DNA from: Methanobacteriota archaeon
GTDB lineage: Archaea; Hydrothermarchaeota; Hydrothermarchaeia; Hydrothermarchaeales; JACRDW01
Direction of reading: 5' to 3'
Assembly: GCA_043820925.1 (NCBI GenBank)
Contig: JBDRDL010000045.1
Coordinates: forward strand, 1-15,410
DNA length: 15,410 nt
Below the pieces are notes generated by a model. That model worked only from the letters and a program-made list of their open reading frames with translations, did not search any database and was not told the origin of the DNA. The position numbers were made by a program, and so were the translations under genes. Below are positions 1-7,980 of the stretch, piece by piece. Each line of letters begins with the position of its first letter. The stretch's first letter is position 1.

Positions 1-93
1 GCAGTCAGCATGAAGTGCGTGGAAGTAAAAAATATAGAGAAATTCGACCCGCTCAGAGATGCTGTTCCAAAATTTGTGGGAGAAAGGAAATAG
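1..93 (+). CDS. 3' end of an unidentified gene entering from the left edge (…AVSMKCVEVKNIEKFDPLRDAVPKFVGERK*)
   Basis: Frame 1 is open from base 1 to TAG at 91-93, with coding-like composition. The stop directly abuts the spoVG stop on the opposite strand. Too short to identify. Confidence 0.45.
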   Translation, partial: AVSMKCVEVKNIEKFDPLRDAVPKFVGERK

Positions 94-381
94 CTACTCT
101 TCTTCGCCTTCAGTACGTTTAGGCGGCTCGCCTTTTTCGTAAGCCTGGATTATGGTGTTCACCAGCACTTCTCTTGCCTCTCTGTTTATTGGATGGAAGA
201 TGTCCTTGAACTCTCCTTTTTTATTCTTCGATGCGGGCATGCTGACCCAGAGCCCGCTCTCTCCTTCCATTACTTTTAATCCGTGTACCACGTATGCATT
301 GTCCAACGTAATCGTTGCATATGCTCGAAGGTTCCCTGTGCCTTCTATTTTGTAGATTCTCACGTCTGTTATTTCAGCCAT
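94..381 (-). CDS. spoVG: SpoVG-family nucleic-acid-binding protein
   Basis: EITDVRI…LRAYATITLDNAYVVHGLKVMEG..GLWVSMP…GEFKDIFHPINREARE matches the SpoVG family pattern along its length. Strong SD (GGAGGT, 392-387) upstream of ATG. Confidence 0.92.
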   Translation of the reverse strand: MAEITDVRIYKIEGTGNLRAYATITLDNAYVVHGLKVMEGESGLWVSMPASKNKKGEFKDIFHPINREAREVLVNTIIQAYEKGEPPKRTEGEEE

Positions 382-429
382 TTTAGACCTCCTTTTTTTT
401 TCAGGCGTTGAAAGTTAGGGAAGTAGGTC

Positions 430-437
430 TATTTAAA
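430..437 (-). promoter_or_regulatory. Putative TATA box (TTTAAATA) for spoVG
   Basis: Archaeal TATA consensus on the - strand with a purine-rich upstream stretch, about 50 nt from the ATG, leaving room for a short leader containing the SD. Confidence 0.5.
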
Positions 438-470
438 TCTTACTCATTACCGACTTGCTATCGCAATAAT

Positions 471-479
471 TATTTATTA
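471..479 (+). promoter_or_regulatory. Putative TATA box (TATTTATTA) for the GINS gene; probably leaderless mRNA
   Basis: AT-rich box about 21-29 nt upstream of ATG 500; no SD before the start. Confidence 0.4.
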
Positions 480-499
480 CCCGACAACAATCTTTAAGC

Positions 500-1099
500 A
501 TGGACGTGAAAACCTTAAGGGAAATCTACAGAAAGGAAAGGATGTCGCCTTATCTGCAGGATGTTGGAAAGGATTTCTACAAGCAAATTGAAAGCTATAT
601 AAAAGAAATTTACTCAAAATATGAGGAGCACTCCAAGAAGGAGGAAATTTCAAAGCTGGCTGTGCTCTTGGGCGAATTTGAGAATATAAAGGCAACTATA
701 AACGACGTATACGAGATTAGGGAGAGAAAAATAGTGTCGAATGCCCTGTATTATGTGAAATCTGGGGAAGAAGTCGGGGTCGAGAATTTAACGAGCGAAG
801 AAGAAGCGATGCTGAAAAAAATCGCAGGAATTCTCAGAGAGCAGCGAAGTTCTGTGCTTGACAATATAATCTCAGAAAAAGCTGCTGCAGAGATGCGCAT
901 GCCAGAAACGAAAGAAAAACAATTAACCCTAAAAGAGAAAATGATTACGATAAGGATATTGAAGGACCTTCCTCAGATAGTGGGCGTAGACGGCAAGGTG
1001 TACGGAGCTTTTAAGGAGGAAGACGTCGTTACGCTACCAGAACCTAACGGTTTGGTGTTCATAAATCAGGGTGTAGCGGAGCAGGTTAATATTGCTTAA
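500..1099 (+). CDS. gins51: DNA replication GINS complex subunit (Gins51/Gins15 type)
   Basis: N-terminal helical A domain (LREIYRKER…L..V.KDFY…YEIRERKI) followed by a C-terminal B domain (IRILKDLPQIVGVDGKVYGAFKEEDVVTLP..NG.VFI.QGVAE). Confidence 0.88.
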   Translation: MDVKTLREIYRKERMSPYLQDVGKDFYKQIESYIKEIYSKYEEHSKKEEISKLAVLLGEFENIKATINDVYEIRERKIVSNALYYVKSGEEVGVENLTSEEEAMLKKIAGILREQRSSVLDNIISEKAAAEMRMPETKEKQLTLKEKMITIRILKDLPQIVGVDGKVYGAFKEEDVVTLPEPNGLVFINQGVAEQVNIA

Positions 1100-1118
1100 A
1101 ACTACTCTGCAGCTTTTA

Positions 1119-1131
1119 CAAAATATATAAA
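1119..1131 (+). promoter_or_regulatory. Putative BRE/TATA (caaaa-TATATAAA) for the small membrane protein/kinase pair
   Basis: TATATAAA at 1124-1131, 24-31 nt upstream of ATG 1155, consistent with a leaderless transcript. Confidence 0.6.
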
Positions 1132-1154
1132 AAGAAGGCAACAAATTTAACTAC

Positions 1155-1349
1155 ATGGAAGAGATAACCACCATATCGCTTGTCGGAATATACTTGCTGC
1201 TGATATTAAGTTTATTCTTCAGTTTCGTTATTGGAGTAAGGATTCACCAACTTAATAGTAGGATAAGCACCTTTGAAAAAAAATACGACGAATATTCTAA
1301 GACCATAAAAACTAAAGTCGAAAAGCTTGAGGATTCGTTCAAGAGGTAA
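1155..1349 (+). CDS. Small single-TM plus coiled-coil protein (64 aa), paralogous to the N-terminus of the downstream kinase
   Basis: Hydrophobic helix at about residues 7-28 followed by a heptad-like charged helix. Well-placed TATA. Ungapped similarity to the kinase N-terminus. Confidence 0.8.
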   Translation: MEEITTISLVGIYLLLILSLFFSFVIGVRIHQLNSRISTFEKKYDEYSKTIKTKVEKLEDSFKR

Positions 1350-1353
1350 GGAA

Positions 1354-2253
1354 ATGGACATAATAATATTTGCTCAATCCATTATCGGAATTTGTTTTTT
1401 ACTGATATTTGTCTTCTTTTTCTATTTCGTTATGACTGTGAGGCTGCGTTCCATAGGCGATAAAATTGGAGAACTGGACAAAAGATTGAGGAGCGGCTTG
1501 GAGCAGATTAATTCGAAGCTTGGAATTATTCAGGAACTTAGAGATTACTCCTCGCAGCTCGAGCAGCAGTTAAAGGAAAAAGCAGAAAAACTGCAGCGCT
1601 CAAACCAGCTCAAAGATTTGTTCACCGATATAATGCGCCACGATTTGCTGAACTGGGTGTACGTCATTAAGGGTGCTTCTGAACTCATTGTAGGGAAGGA
1701 GTCTAATTTACAGGAAGAAATTCAGATGATACAGAGAAATGCGGCAAAACTTGAAAAAACTATCGAGAACGCAAGCAAGTTTGCAAAGTTAGAAAATCTT
1801 GAGGAGACAGAATTCAAAGAAATGGACTTGGCAGCGGTAATCGGGGAATGTGCTCAAGGTTTGAAGAATCTTGCAGCCGAGAAGAAAATTAAAATCGAAT
1901 GCGAATTCGATGGAGAGTATCCTGCCCGTGTTAATCCTTTCATCGAGGACGTATTTTCGAATCTTATCTCTAACGCAATAAAGTACAGCCTGGAGAACAG
2001 TAGGGTACTTGTCAGCATCGAAGGCGATGCTGACAAATGGAGAATATCAGTAAAGGATAATGGAGAAGGCATACCTGACGAGAGCAAGGAAGCCATCTTC
2101 GAAAGATTCAAGAGAGTTGGGAGAGGCGGCGTAGGAGGCATGGGACTTGGACTTGCTATTGTAAAGCGCATCGTCGAGCTGCACAAGGGCAGAGTCTGGG
2201 TTGGGGACAATCCCGAGGGCGGGAGCATTTTCTACGTTACTGTGCCACGATAA
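1354..2253 (+). CDS. Membrane-anchored histidine kinase (TM-coiled coil-HisKA-HATPase_c)
   Basis: H box IMRHDLLN, N box FSNLISNAIKY, G1 DNGEGI, F box IFERF, G2 GMGLGLAIVK. Start moved from TTG 1327 to ATG 1354, which follows GAGGTAAGG and lies 4 nt after the upstream stop. Confidence 0.93.
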   Translation: MDIIIFAQSIIGICFLLIFVFFFYFVMTVRLRSIGDKIGELDKRLRSGLEQINSKLGIIQELRDYSSQLEQQLKEKAEKLQRSNQLKDLFTDIMRHDLLNWVYVIKGASELIVGKESNLQEEIQMIQRNAAKLEKTIENASKFAKLENLEETEFKEMDLAAVIGECAQGLKNLAAEKKIKIECEFDGEYPARVNPFIEDVFSNLISNAIKYSLENSRVLVSIEGDADKWRISVKDNGEGIPDESKEAIFERFKRVGRGGVGGMGLGLAIVKRIVELHKGRVWVGDNPEGGSIFYVTVPR

Positions 2254-2272
2254 ATATAGGAGTTTTATAAAA

Positions 2273-4018
2273 ATGATAAGGCAGCCTATAGTATCTGTTC
2301 TGGGTCATGTAGACCATGGAAAGACAACGCTGCTCGATACGATTCGAGGTTCAGCGGTTGCGGAGAGAGAGGCAGGCAGCATTACACAGCACATTGGAGC
2401 GACAGAAATACCGATAAGCGTAATCGAAAAGCTCTGCGGGGGCTTGCTGAAGCAGCTGGCTGTCAAAATAACAGTGCCGGGGCTTCTCTTCATAGATACG
2501 CCAGGGCACGAGGCATTTGTAACGCTGCGTAAGCGGGGCGGTGCACTGGCAGATTTGGCTGTTCTCGTTGTGGACGTCAACGAGGGATTCCAAGCGCAAA
2601 CGTTCGAGGCTTTGAATATTTTGAAAACCTACAAAACGCCGTTTTTAGTGGCTGCGAATAAAATCGACAAAATTAAGGGATGGCAGGCATTCAAGGGATT
2701 TCCATTTACGCACAGCTTTTCAAAGCAGAACGAGGAGACGAAGTCTCTGGTCGAGAATGAAGTTTACGAAGTCGTCGGAAAGCTCTACGAAGAGGGCTTT
2801 CAGTCTGAGAGGTTTGACAGGGTAACGCAGTTTGAAAAGCAGGTAGCTGTAATACCCGTAAGCGCAAAAACAGGCGAGGGTATTCCGGAGCTTCTGATGA
2901 TGCTCATAGGACTTGCCCAAAAGTTCATGGAAAAGCGGCTTGCGGTAGAGGTAGAGAGTCCTGCAAAGGGAACGATACTGGAGGTAAAAGAAGAGGTAGG
3001 ACTTGGAGCAACTGTGGATGCGATAATCTATGACGGGAAAATCAAGAGAGGAGATGCCGTAGCAGTAGGCGGGAGAAAAGAAGTGATTGTAACCAAAGTT
3101 CGCTCGCTGCTCAAGCCAAAGCCGCTGGACGAAATCAGAGACCCGAGGTTTAAATTCGATTCTATTTCTGAAGTGTGCGCAGCATGCGGAATAAAAATTG
3201 CTGCGCCAAATCTCGGCGATGCCCTCGCAGGTTCTCCCTTGCGGGTGATTGGGGAGGATGTAGAGAAAGGGGTGGCTGAGGTTAAAGCAGAGATAGCTGA
3301 AATAAAAGTTGAAACAGAAAAAGCAGGCGTCGTGGTTAAGGCAGACACCCTGGGCTCCTTAGAAGCCTTGATAAACATGCTGGAGAAAGAAGGCATACCG
3401 GTTAGAATGGCAGACGTAGGAGACGTATCGAGAAGAGATGTAATCGAGGCTGAGACCGTCAAACAAGAAGCGGGCAACAGGGCGGTTGTCCTGGGATTCA
3501 ATGTAAAAGTTTTAAAAGACGCCGAGGAAAGAGCCAGAGCAACGGCTACGCCGATATTTCAGAACAACGTAATTTATAGATTAATTGAAGACTACCAGAA
3601 GTGGATAGCAGAGGAGCGGGAAAGGGAGAAGAGAGAGGAATTCGACAAGCTTACAAAACCTGCGAAGATTAAAATTCTTCCCGACTACGTATTCAGGATG
3701 AGCAAGCCTGCCATAGTTGGAATAGAAGTACTGGCGGGCACGATAAAGACTAACGTGAAGCTTATGAATGACGAAGGCAGAGTAATCGGAACTGTTAAAG
3801 GCTTGCAGGACAGGAGCGAGAACATCGAAGAGGCGAGGAAGGGACGCCAAGTTGCAATTGCGATAGAGGGCGCAACTGTAGGAAAACAGATAAAAGAGAA
3901 CGATATTCTATATTCTGAATTACAGGAAAACGAGGTAAAGTTAATAGAGAAATACAGAAAGAATTTGAGCGCAGACGAAGAGGAAGCTTTTGAAGAGATA
4001 AAAAAAATAAAGAGGTGA
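2273..4018 (+). CDS. infB: Translation initiation factor aIF5B (IF-2)
   Basis: [59 protein letters not shown]. Start set at ATG 2273 after GGAG rather than 2201. Confidence 0.98.
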   Translation: MIRQPIVSVLGHVDHGKTTLLDTIRGSAVAEREAGSITQHIGATEIPISVIEKLCGGLLKQLAVKITVPGLLFIDTPGHEAFVTLRKRGGALADLAVLVVDVNEGFQAQTFEALNILKTYKTPFLVAANKIDKIKGWQAFKGFPFTHSFSKQNEETKSLVENEVYEVVGKLYEEGFQSERFDRVTQFEKQVAVIPVSAKTGEGIPELLMMLIGLAQKFMEKRLAVEVESPAKGTILEVKEEVGLGATVDAIIYDGKIKRGDAVAVGGRKEVIVTKVRSLLKPKPLDEIRDPRFKFDSISEVCAACGIKIAAPNLGDALAGSPLRVIGEDVEKGVAEVKAEIAEIKVETEKAGVVVKADTLGSLEALINMLEKEGIPVRMADVGDVSRRDVIEAETVKQEAGNRAVVLGFNVKVLKDAEERARATATPIFQNNVIYRLIEDYQKWIAEEREREKREEFDKLTKPAKIKILPDYVFRMSKPAIVGIEVLAGTIKTNVKLMNDEGRVIGTVKGLQDRSENIEEARKGRQVAIAIEGATVGKQIKENDILYSELQENEVKLIEKYRKNLSADEEEAFEEIKKIKR

Positions 4019-4022
4019 TTGA

Positions 4023-4400
4023 TTGCAGAAACTTATAATTTCGGATTCGAATGGAAAATCTTACAGCATTGAACTGGATGAGAAAAAATCTAAAAGTTTC
4101 ATCGGCTTGGAGATAGGGAAAGTTTTAGACGCCTCGCAGCTCGGGCTTGCGGGCTATAAAATTAAGATTACCGGCGGAAGCGACAAAGACGGCTTTCCGA
4201 TGCGCAGCGACGTACATGGAAGGGTGAGAGCGAGAGTGCTTCTCTCCAGAGGTCCGGGCTACAGACCGAAGGAAAAAGGACTGAAGAGGAGAAAGAGAGT
4301 GAGAGGAAGCACTATTACCCCTGAAATTGTTCAGATTAACGCTAAGGTTGTGGAGAAGGGGGAGAAAAGTTTGGAAGAGCTGCTCGGCAAAGGTGGTTGA
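4023..4400 (+). CDS. rps6e: 30S ribosomal protein S6e (eS6)
   Basis: KITGGSDKDGFPMR..V.G…G.KRRKRVRG..I…IVQIN. TTG start after GAGGTGA. Confidence 0.97.
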   Translation: MQKLIISDSNGKSYSIELDEKKSKSFIGLEIGKVLDASQLGLAGYKIKITGGSDKDGFPMRSDVHGRVRARVLLSRGPGYRPKEKGLKRRKRVRGSTITPEIVQINAKVVEKGEKSLEELLGKGG

Positions 4401-5621
4401 TTGCAGCCTGAAGTGAACATAGGAATGGTCGGTCACGTAGACCATGGAAAGACCACGCTGACCCAAGCTCTGTCCGGGATATGGACAGACAGGCACAGCG
4501 AGGAGATAAAGCGGGGCATCTCCATAAGATTGGGATACGCAAACTGCACTTTCCGCAAGTGCCCCAGCTGCCCAGAGCCAAAATGCTATACAACAGAAGA
4601 GAAATGCAAGCACTGCGGTTCAAAAACAGAAGTATTAAGAGAGGTTTCTTTTGTAGATTCTCCGGGGCATGAAACTTTAATGGCTACCATGCTCAGCGGT
4701 GCAGCGATAATGGACGGCGCTATTCTCGTCATCGCAGCGAACGAGCCATGCCCCCAGCCCCAGACCAAGGAGCATCTCATGGCTCTGGATATAATAGGCG
4801 TTAAGAATATCGTAATTGTCCAGAACAAAGTTGATTTGGTTCCCAGGGAAAAAGTTTTAACGCACTGCGAGCAGATAAAAAATTTTGTTAAGGGTACTGT
4901 AGCAGGGGATGCTCCGATAATACCAATCGCTGCGCAGCACAAAGCAAATGTAGATGTTTTAGTCCAGCACATCGAAAAAATCATACGCTCTGTAAATAGA
5001 GACCCAAACAAACCGGCGAGGATGTTTATTGCCCGCTCTTTTGATATAAACAAGCCCGGCGCTCTTCCGGAAGATTTGAAAGGCGGCGTTGTGGGGGGTT
5101 CCCTGACGCAGGGAAAATTGAAAGTTGGAGATACGATAGAGATATGCCCCGGAATAAAGAGGGAGGAGGAAAACAAGGTTTACTGGAAATCTCTCACAAC
5201 TGAAGTAGTATCTCTAATGGCCGGAGAAAGAAAAGTCAAGGAAGTTTTTCCGGGCGGTTTAGTTGGAATAGGCACGAAACTTGACCCCTCGCTTACGAAA
5301 TCGGACGGACTGTCGGGAATGATTCTCGGACAGCCTGGAATGCTGCCTCCGGTATTGCATAACTTTCTGCTGGAGATTCACCTGCTTCAGAGAGTTGTGG
5401 GAACAAAAGAAGAGCTTGAGGTAGAAAAGATTAAAACAAGCGAGCCTCTCATGCTGAGCGTAGGAACAGCAACAACCGTTGGTATCGTATCCAGTGCCAG
5501 AAATAACGAAGCAGAGATGAAGTTAAAATTGCCTGTCTGCGCAGAAAAAGGAGTAAGGGTTGCGATTAGCAGAAGGATAGGAGCTAGGTGGAGATTGATT
5601 GGCTACGGAATCATTATATAA
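4401..5621 (+). CDS. eif2g: Translation initiation factor aIF2 gamma subunit
   Basis: [35 protein letters not shown], zinc knuckle CPSC…[27 protein letters not shown]-terminal [11 protein letters not shown] start. Confidence 0.98.
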   Translation: MQPEVNIGMVGHVDHGKTTLTQALSGIWTDRHSEEIKRGISIRLGYANCTFRKCPSCPEPKCYTTEEKCKHCGSKTEVLREVSFVDSPGHETLMATMLSGAAIMDGAILVIAANEPCPQPQTKEHLMALDIIGVKNIVIVQNKVDLVPREKVLTHCEQIKNFVKGTVAGDAPIIPIAAQHKANVDVLVQHIEKIIRSVNRDPNKPARMFIARSFDINKPGALPEDLKGGVVGGSLTQGKLKVGDTIEICPGIKREEENKVYWKSLTTEVVSLMAGERKVKEVFPGGLVGIGTKLDPSLTKSDGLSGMILGQPGMLPPVLHNFLLEIHLLQRVVGTKEELEVEKIKTSEPLMLSVGTATTVGIVSSARNNEAEMKLKLPVCAEKGVRVAISRRIGARWRLIGYGIII

Positions 5622-5976
5622 GGTTGTACTGGACTCAAATTTTTTGCTGCTGCCGTTTCAGTTTCGCATCGATATATTTGCAGAGCTGGATAAATTGCTG
5701 GATGTGCGCTATGAAGTTTATGTTACGAAAGGAGTGATAGAGGAGCTAAAAAAAATAAAGTCGAGGCATGCGAAGGGAGCGTTGTCTGTTGCAAATAAGC
5801 TGCGGGTTATAGAGACCGAAGGTAGCGTGGATGAGGCTCTTTTAAAACTTGCCTCGAAAGAAGTTATAATCGCTACAAACGATAAGTTTTTAAAGGAGAA
5901 GATAAAAAATAAAGGTGCACCAGTAATTTACCTGCGCCAGAGAAAATACCTAGCGATTGATGGTTATATCAGGTAG
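5599..5976 (+). CDS. PIN-domain ribonuclease (Fcf1/Utp24-like)
   Basis: [29 protein letters not shown] motifs. Conserved position after eif2g. TTG start after AGGTGG overlaps the eif2g end by 23 nt; exact start uncertain. Confidence 0.9.
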   Translation: MATESLYKVVLDSNFLLLPFQFRIDIFAELDKLLDVRYEVYVTKGVIEELKKIKSRHAKGALSVANKLRVIETEGSVDEALLKLASKEVIIATNDKFLKEKIKNKGAPVIYLRQRKYLAIDGYIR

Positions 5977-5988
5977 GAGGAATAAGAT

Positions 5989-7980
5989 ATGGACTTGACT
6001 TTGGCTGCGATTGTAGCTGGAATAATAGCCCTTGCGTTTGCGGGCTACCTTGCACGAAACGTGCTCGCGAAGGAAGCGGGTTCGCCAAAAATGCAGGAAA
6101 TAGCAAGCGCAATTCAGGAAGGCGCAATGGCTTACATGAACCGCCAGTACAAGACCATTGCAATATTTGCAGTCATACTTACGGTCGTGCTTATGCTTGT
6201 GCTGCCCCAACACGGGACAAAAATCGCGCTCGGCTTCATAGTGGGTGCAGCTTTGAGTGCGGCAGCGGGCTACATAGGCATGAACCTCTCGATTCGTGCG
6301 AACTGCCGTGTGGCGCACGCTGCAAGGCATGGATTGGGCCCGGCGCTTGACATCTCGTTCAAAGGCGGTGCTGTCACAGGTCTCATGGTAGCGGGCTTGG
6401 GCTTGATTGGTGTGAGTGTTTTCTACTATTTCTACAAAGACCCACGCCTAGTCGTGGGCTTCGCTTTCGGTGCATGTCTCGTAAGCCTCTTCGCAAGGAT
6501 TGGAGGCGGGATTTATACCAAGGCTGCGGACGTGGGTGCGGACCTCGTAGGCAAAGTTGAAGCCGGGATACCGGAGGACGACCCGCGCAACCCGGCGGTG
6601 ATTGCCGACGCAGTGGGGGACAACGTGGGCGACTGCGCAGGCATGGGCGCTGATTTGTTTGAGACTTATGCGGTAACTGCAATCGGTGCAATGATTCTGG
6701 GCTTCCTCATCTTTAAGGGCGACCCTACTTATGTGGTTTACCCGATAGCCCTCGGTGCGCTTGCGATTTTATCCACGATTATAGGAATGCAGTTTGTGAG
6801 CGTGGACGAGGGCGGAAGCATAATGCGCGCACTTTACAAGGGACTCGTGGCAACGGGCATAGTCGCAGCTGTTGCATTCTTCGTAGTTACAAATTACATA
6901 GGGCTCGATATAAAATACTTCTACGCCTCGCTCGTTGGTCTTGGCATAACGCTTGCGATTTTCGTGATAACCGAGTATTACACCTCGACCAGCTACCGGC
7001 CCGTGCGGCGCATTGCAGAATCTTCGCAAACTGGACCAGGAACAAACATAATTGCTGGTTTATCTGTAGGCTTGGAGAGTACTATGCTTCCAATGCTCGT
7101 AATCTGCGCAGGTATTTTGATTTCCTACAGCTTCGCAGGCACTTACGGCATAGCAATCACGGTCATGGCGATGCTCTCGCTTACGGGCATGATTGTGACG
7201 CTGGACTCCTATGGTCCAATCACAGACAATGCGGGCGGCATAGCAGAGATGGCAAACCTCGAGCCGGAGGTAAGAAAAATCACAGACGCTCTTGACGCCG
7301 TAGGCAACACGACCAAAGCAGTTACGAAGGGATTTGCGATTGGAAGCGCAGCTCTTGCGGCGCTCACGTTCTTTATTGCCTATATAGAAGAACTCAAACT
7401 TTACATGGGCGATGCGGCACAGCTCGTATTTTCGCTTGAAGACCCAAATGTCATCGTAGGCCTGTTCATTGGTGCGGCGATTCCGTTTTTGTTTGCAAGC
7501 ATGTTGATTAAGGCAGTCGGTGTTGCGGCGTTTCAGATAGTCAACGAAGTTCGCAGGCAGTTCAGGGAGATACCCGGCATCATGGAATGGAAGGCAAAAC
7601 CAGATTACGGCAGATGTGTTGATATCGTGACTAAAGCTGCGCTGAGCGAGATGAAGCTTCCTGCGTTGCTTGCGGTCGCCTCGACAGTTGCAGTCGGTTT
7701 CTTGCTTGGACCAATTGCTCTGGGCGGAATGCTCATAGGCAGCATAGCCTCTGGCGTTCTTCTTGCGCTGCAAATGGCAAACGGAGGCGCTGCGTGGGAT
7801 AACGCCAAGAAATACATCGAGGCAGGAGCATACGGAGGCAAGCGCAGCGACCCGCACAAGGCAGCAGTAGTAGGGGACACTGTAGGCGACCCGCTCAAGG
7901 ACACAGCCGGACCCGCGATTAACCCGCTCATAAAAGTCATGAACACCTTGGCGCTCCTTTTAGCGCCGCTTTTCGTGTGA
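5989..7980 (+). CDS. hppA: Membrane-bound H+-translocating pyrophosphatase, predicted K+-independent
   Basis: [71 protein letters not shown] (Lys at the K+-dependence site), [25 protein letters not shown]. Many TM helices. SD AGGAGG. Confidence 0.97.
   Translation: MDLTLAAIVAGIIALAFAGYLARNVLAKEAGSPKMQEIASAIQEGAMAYMNRQYKTIAIFAVILTVVLMLVLPQHGTKIALGFIVGAALSAAAGYIGMNLSIRANCRVAHAARHGLGPALDISFKGGAVTGLMVAGLGLIGVSVFYYFYKDPRLVVGFAFGACLVSLFARIGGGIYTKAADVGADLVGKVEAGIPEDDPRNPAVIADAVGDNVGDCAGMGADLFETYAVTAIGAMILGFLIFKGDPTYVVYPIALGALAILSTIIGMQFVSVDEGGSIMRALYKGLVATGIVAAVAFFVVTNYIGLDIKYFYASLVGLGITLAIFVITEYYTSTSYRPVRRIAESSQTGPGTNIIAGLSVGLESTMLPMLVICAGILISYSFAGTYGIAITVMAMLSLTGMIVTLDSYGPITDNAGGIAEMANLEPEVRKITDALDAVGNTTKAVTKGFAIGSAALAALTFFIAYIEELKLYMGDAAQLVFSLEDPNVIVGLFIGAAIPFLFASMLIKAVGVAAFQIVNEVRRQFREIPGIMEWKAKPDYGRCVDIVTKAALSEMKLPALLAVASTVAVGFLLGPIALGGMLIGSIASGVLLALQMANGGAAWDNAKKYIEAGAYGGKRSDPHKAAVVGDTVGDPLKDTAGPAINPLIKVMNTLALLLAPLFV

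Noticed and set aside
393..401. T9 tract as a terminator
   Set aside because: It reads as an A-run in the spoVG leader just before the SD. As a + strand terminator it would lie 300 nt past the nearest + strand stop, so it cannot be supported.
1327..1353. Frameshifted single gene joining the 64-aa ORF and the kinase
   Set aside because: Each has its own start and a homologous N-terminus, and the kinase ATG has an SD. Tandem duplication explains the layout better than a broken gene.
2201..2272. N-terminal extension of infB given by the ORF track
   Set aside because: It overlaps the kinase 3' end; family homology begins at MIRQP (2273), which has an SD.
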